Of a stretch of 58,558 nucleotides of DNA, positions 57,412 to 58,558 are shown piece after piece. The DNA is from an uncultured Novosphingobium sp. (GTDB lineage Bacteria; Pseudomonadota; Alphaproteobacteria; Sphingomonadales; Sphingomonadaceae), in NCBI GenBank assembly GCA_964572445.1, contig CAZNFV010000001.1, positions 1 through 58,558 on the forward strand, written 5' to 3'. The position numbers and the translations under genes were made by a program. Within the stretch, counting starts at the first letter, position 1, and the number at the start of each line of letters is the position of its first letter. The notes beneath the pieces are model-generated. The model had not been told where the DNA came from. It saw only the letters and a list, made by a program, of their open reading frames with translations, and searched no databases.

Positions 57412-58558
57412 ATGCAGATTGTTGAGACCAGCAACGAAGGTTTGAAGCGCGCCTATACGGTGAAGATTCCGGCGAAGGATATCGCCGCGAAGATCGATGG
57501 CGAAGTTGCCAAGCTCACCCCGCAGGTGCGCATGCCTGGCTTCCGCCCAGGCAAGGTGCCTGCCAACCTCGTTCGCAAGATGCACGGCCCGGCGCTTCAT
57601 CAGGAAGCCCTGAACACTACCGTCCGTGAAGCGATGGACAAGCTGCTGGTTGAACACAAGCTGCGCCCCGCGATGCAGCCGGAAGTCGCGCTTGGCGAAG
57701 GTTACGAAGAAGGCAAGGACGCCGAGCTGTCGGTTGCAGTCGAAGTGCTGCCCGTGATCGCCGTTCCTTCATTCGAAGGCCTGGCGCTTGAAAAGCTGGT
57801 GGTCGAAGCCGCTGAAGCTGAAGTTGACGAGCAGGTTGCTCGTCTGGCTTCGGGCGCCAAGAGCTTTACCGACGCCAAGAAGGGCAAGAAGGCCGAGACC
57901 GGCGATCAGCTGATCATCGACTTCGTTGGCAAGCTTGATGGCGTTGAATTCGATGGCGGCAAGGCTGAAGACGCCACGCTTGAAATCGGTTCGAACCGTT
58001 TCATTCCCGGCTTCGAAGAGCAGCTGGTTGGTGCCAAGGTTGGTGACGAAAAGACCATCACCGTGACTTTCCCGGCCGACTATCCGGCAGAGAACCTAAA
58101 GGGCAAGGACGCCCAGTTCGACATCACCGTCAAGGCCGTGAAGGTCGCTGGCGAAACCAAGATCGACGATGAGTTTGCCAAGAACCTGGGCCTTGAAAGC
58201 CTGGAGCAGCTCAAGGGCTTGCTGCGCGGCCAGGTCGAACAGGAACTGGCCGGCTTGACTCGCACGCAGATGAAGCGCGCGCTGCTTGATCAGCTGGCCG
58301 CCGGTCATGACTTTGACGTGCCGCCGAGCATGGTCGAAGCGGAATTCAGCCAGATCTGGGCCCAGCTGCAGCAGGAAGCCCAGAACGAGGAAGATCCCGA
58401 CGCCGCCATGGCCGAGATCGAAGCCGAGAAGGAAGACTATCGCGGTATCGCCGTGCGCCGCGTGCGCCTGGGCCTGCTGCTGTCGGAAATCGGCCAGTCG
58501 AACGGCGTTGAAGTGAGCGCGCAGGAAATGCAGATGCTGGTGGCTCAGGCCGCGCAGC
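57412..58558 (+). CDS. tig: Trigger factor, 3' end outside window (missing from the ORF track)
   Basis: Manual translation MQIVETSNEGLKR...MPGFRPGKVP...IDFVG...FIPGFEEQL; follows tRNA-Leu. Confidence 0.95.
   Translation, partial: MQIVETSNEGLKRAYTVKIPAKDIAAKIDGEVAKLTPQVRMPGFRPGKVPANLVRKMHGPALHQEALNTTVREAMDKLLVEHKLRPAMQPEVALGEGYEEGKDAELSVAVEVLPVIAVPSFEGLALEKLVVEAAEAEVDEQVARLASGAKSFTDAKKGKKAETGDQLIIDFVGKLDGVEFDGGKAEDATLEIGSNRFIPGFEEQLVGAKVGDEKTITVTFPADYPAENLKGKDAQFDITVKAVKVAGETKIDDEFAKNLGLESLEQLKGLLRGQVEQELAGLTRTQMKRALLDQLAAGHDFDVPPSMVEAEFSQIWAQLQQEAQNEEDPDAAMAEIEAEKEDYRGIAVRRVRLGLLLSEIGQSNGVEVSAQEMQMLVAQAAQ

Noticed and set aside
1..58558. CRISPR arrays, integrases, transposases, prophage genes, rRNA, riboswitches
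   Set aside because: None recognised by eye; a covariance-model search would be needed to exclude small RNAs

Overview
High-GC alphaproteobacterial chromosome segment; gene content and synteny suggest Sphingomonadales, Novosphingobium/Erythrobacter-like (inferred). From left to right: end of hppD, a VOC protein and a compact TonB receptor; a maltodextrin/alpha-glucan utilisation locus (MFS, LacI, MalA-like TonB receptor, flavin-halogenase-like gene, two GH13, GH97); Lrp/DUF6356; quinohemoprotein PQQ-ADH and dienelactone hydrolase; msrB, PBP1A, degP-hflC-hflK, mrp-iorB-like-hemH-P450, nlpD-surE-serS; a ~9 kb accessory block between serS and tRNA-Val(CAC); DUF3297, CHAP, der, DUF418; a SPOR/ParA/RHH-like/TPR-SPOR cluster; pyrC'-pyrB, M48 peptidase, sppA, tRNA-Leu(TAG) and the start of tig. 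Main discovery: all five transcription units of the 9 kb block carry a GTAAC(C/G)-N16-CGAA motif, the SigF/ECF16-type promoter, and sigF-nrsF is encoded in the block. This links a two-precursor/one-MNIO bufferin RiPP cluster to a patatin-DUF302-bdhA-phasin (PHB mobilisation) operon, a secreted cupin and a YeeE/YedE sulfur transporter, as an apparent self-contained metal/oxidative-stress regulon. All family calls come from motif recognition by eye; no database searches were run.
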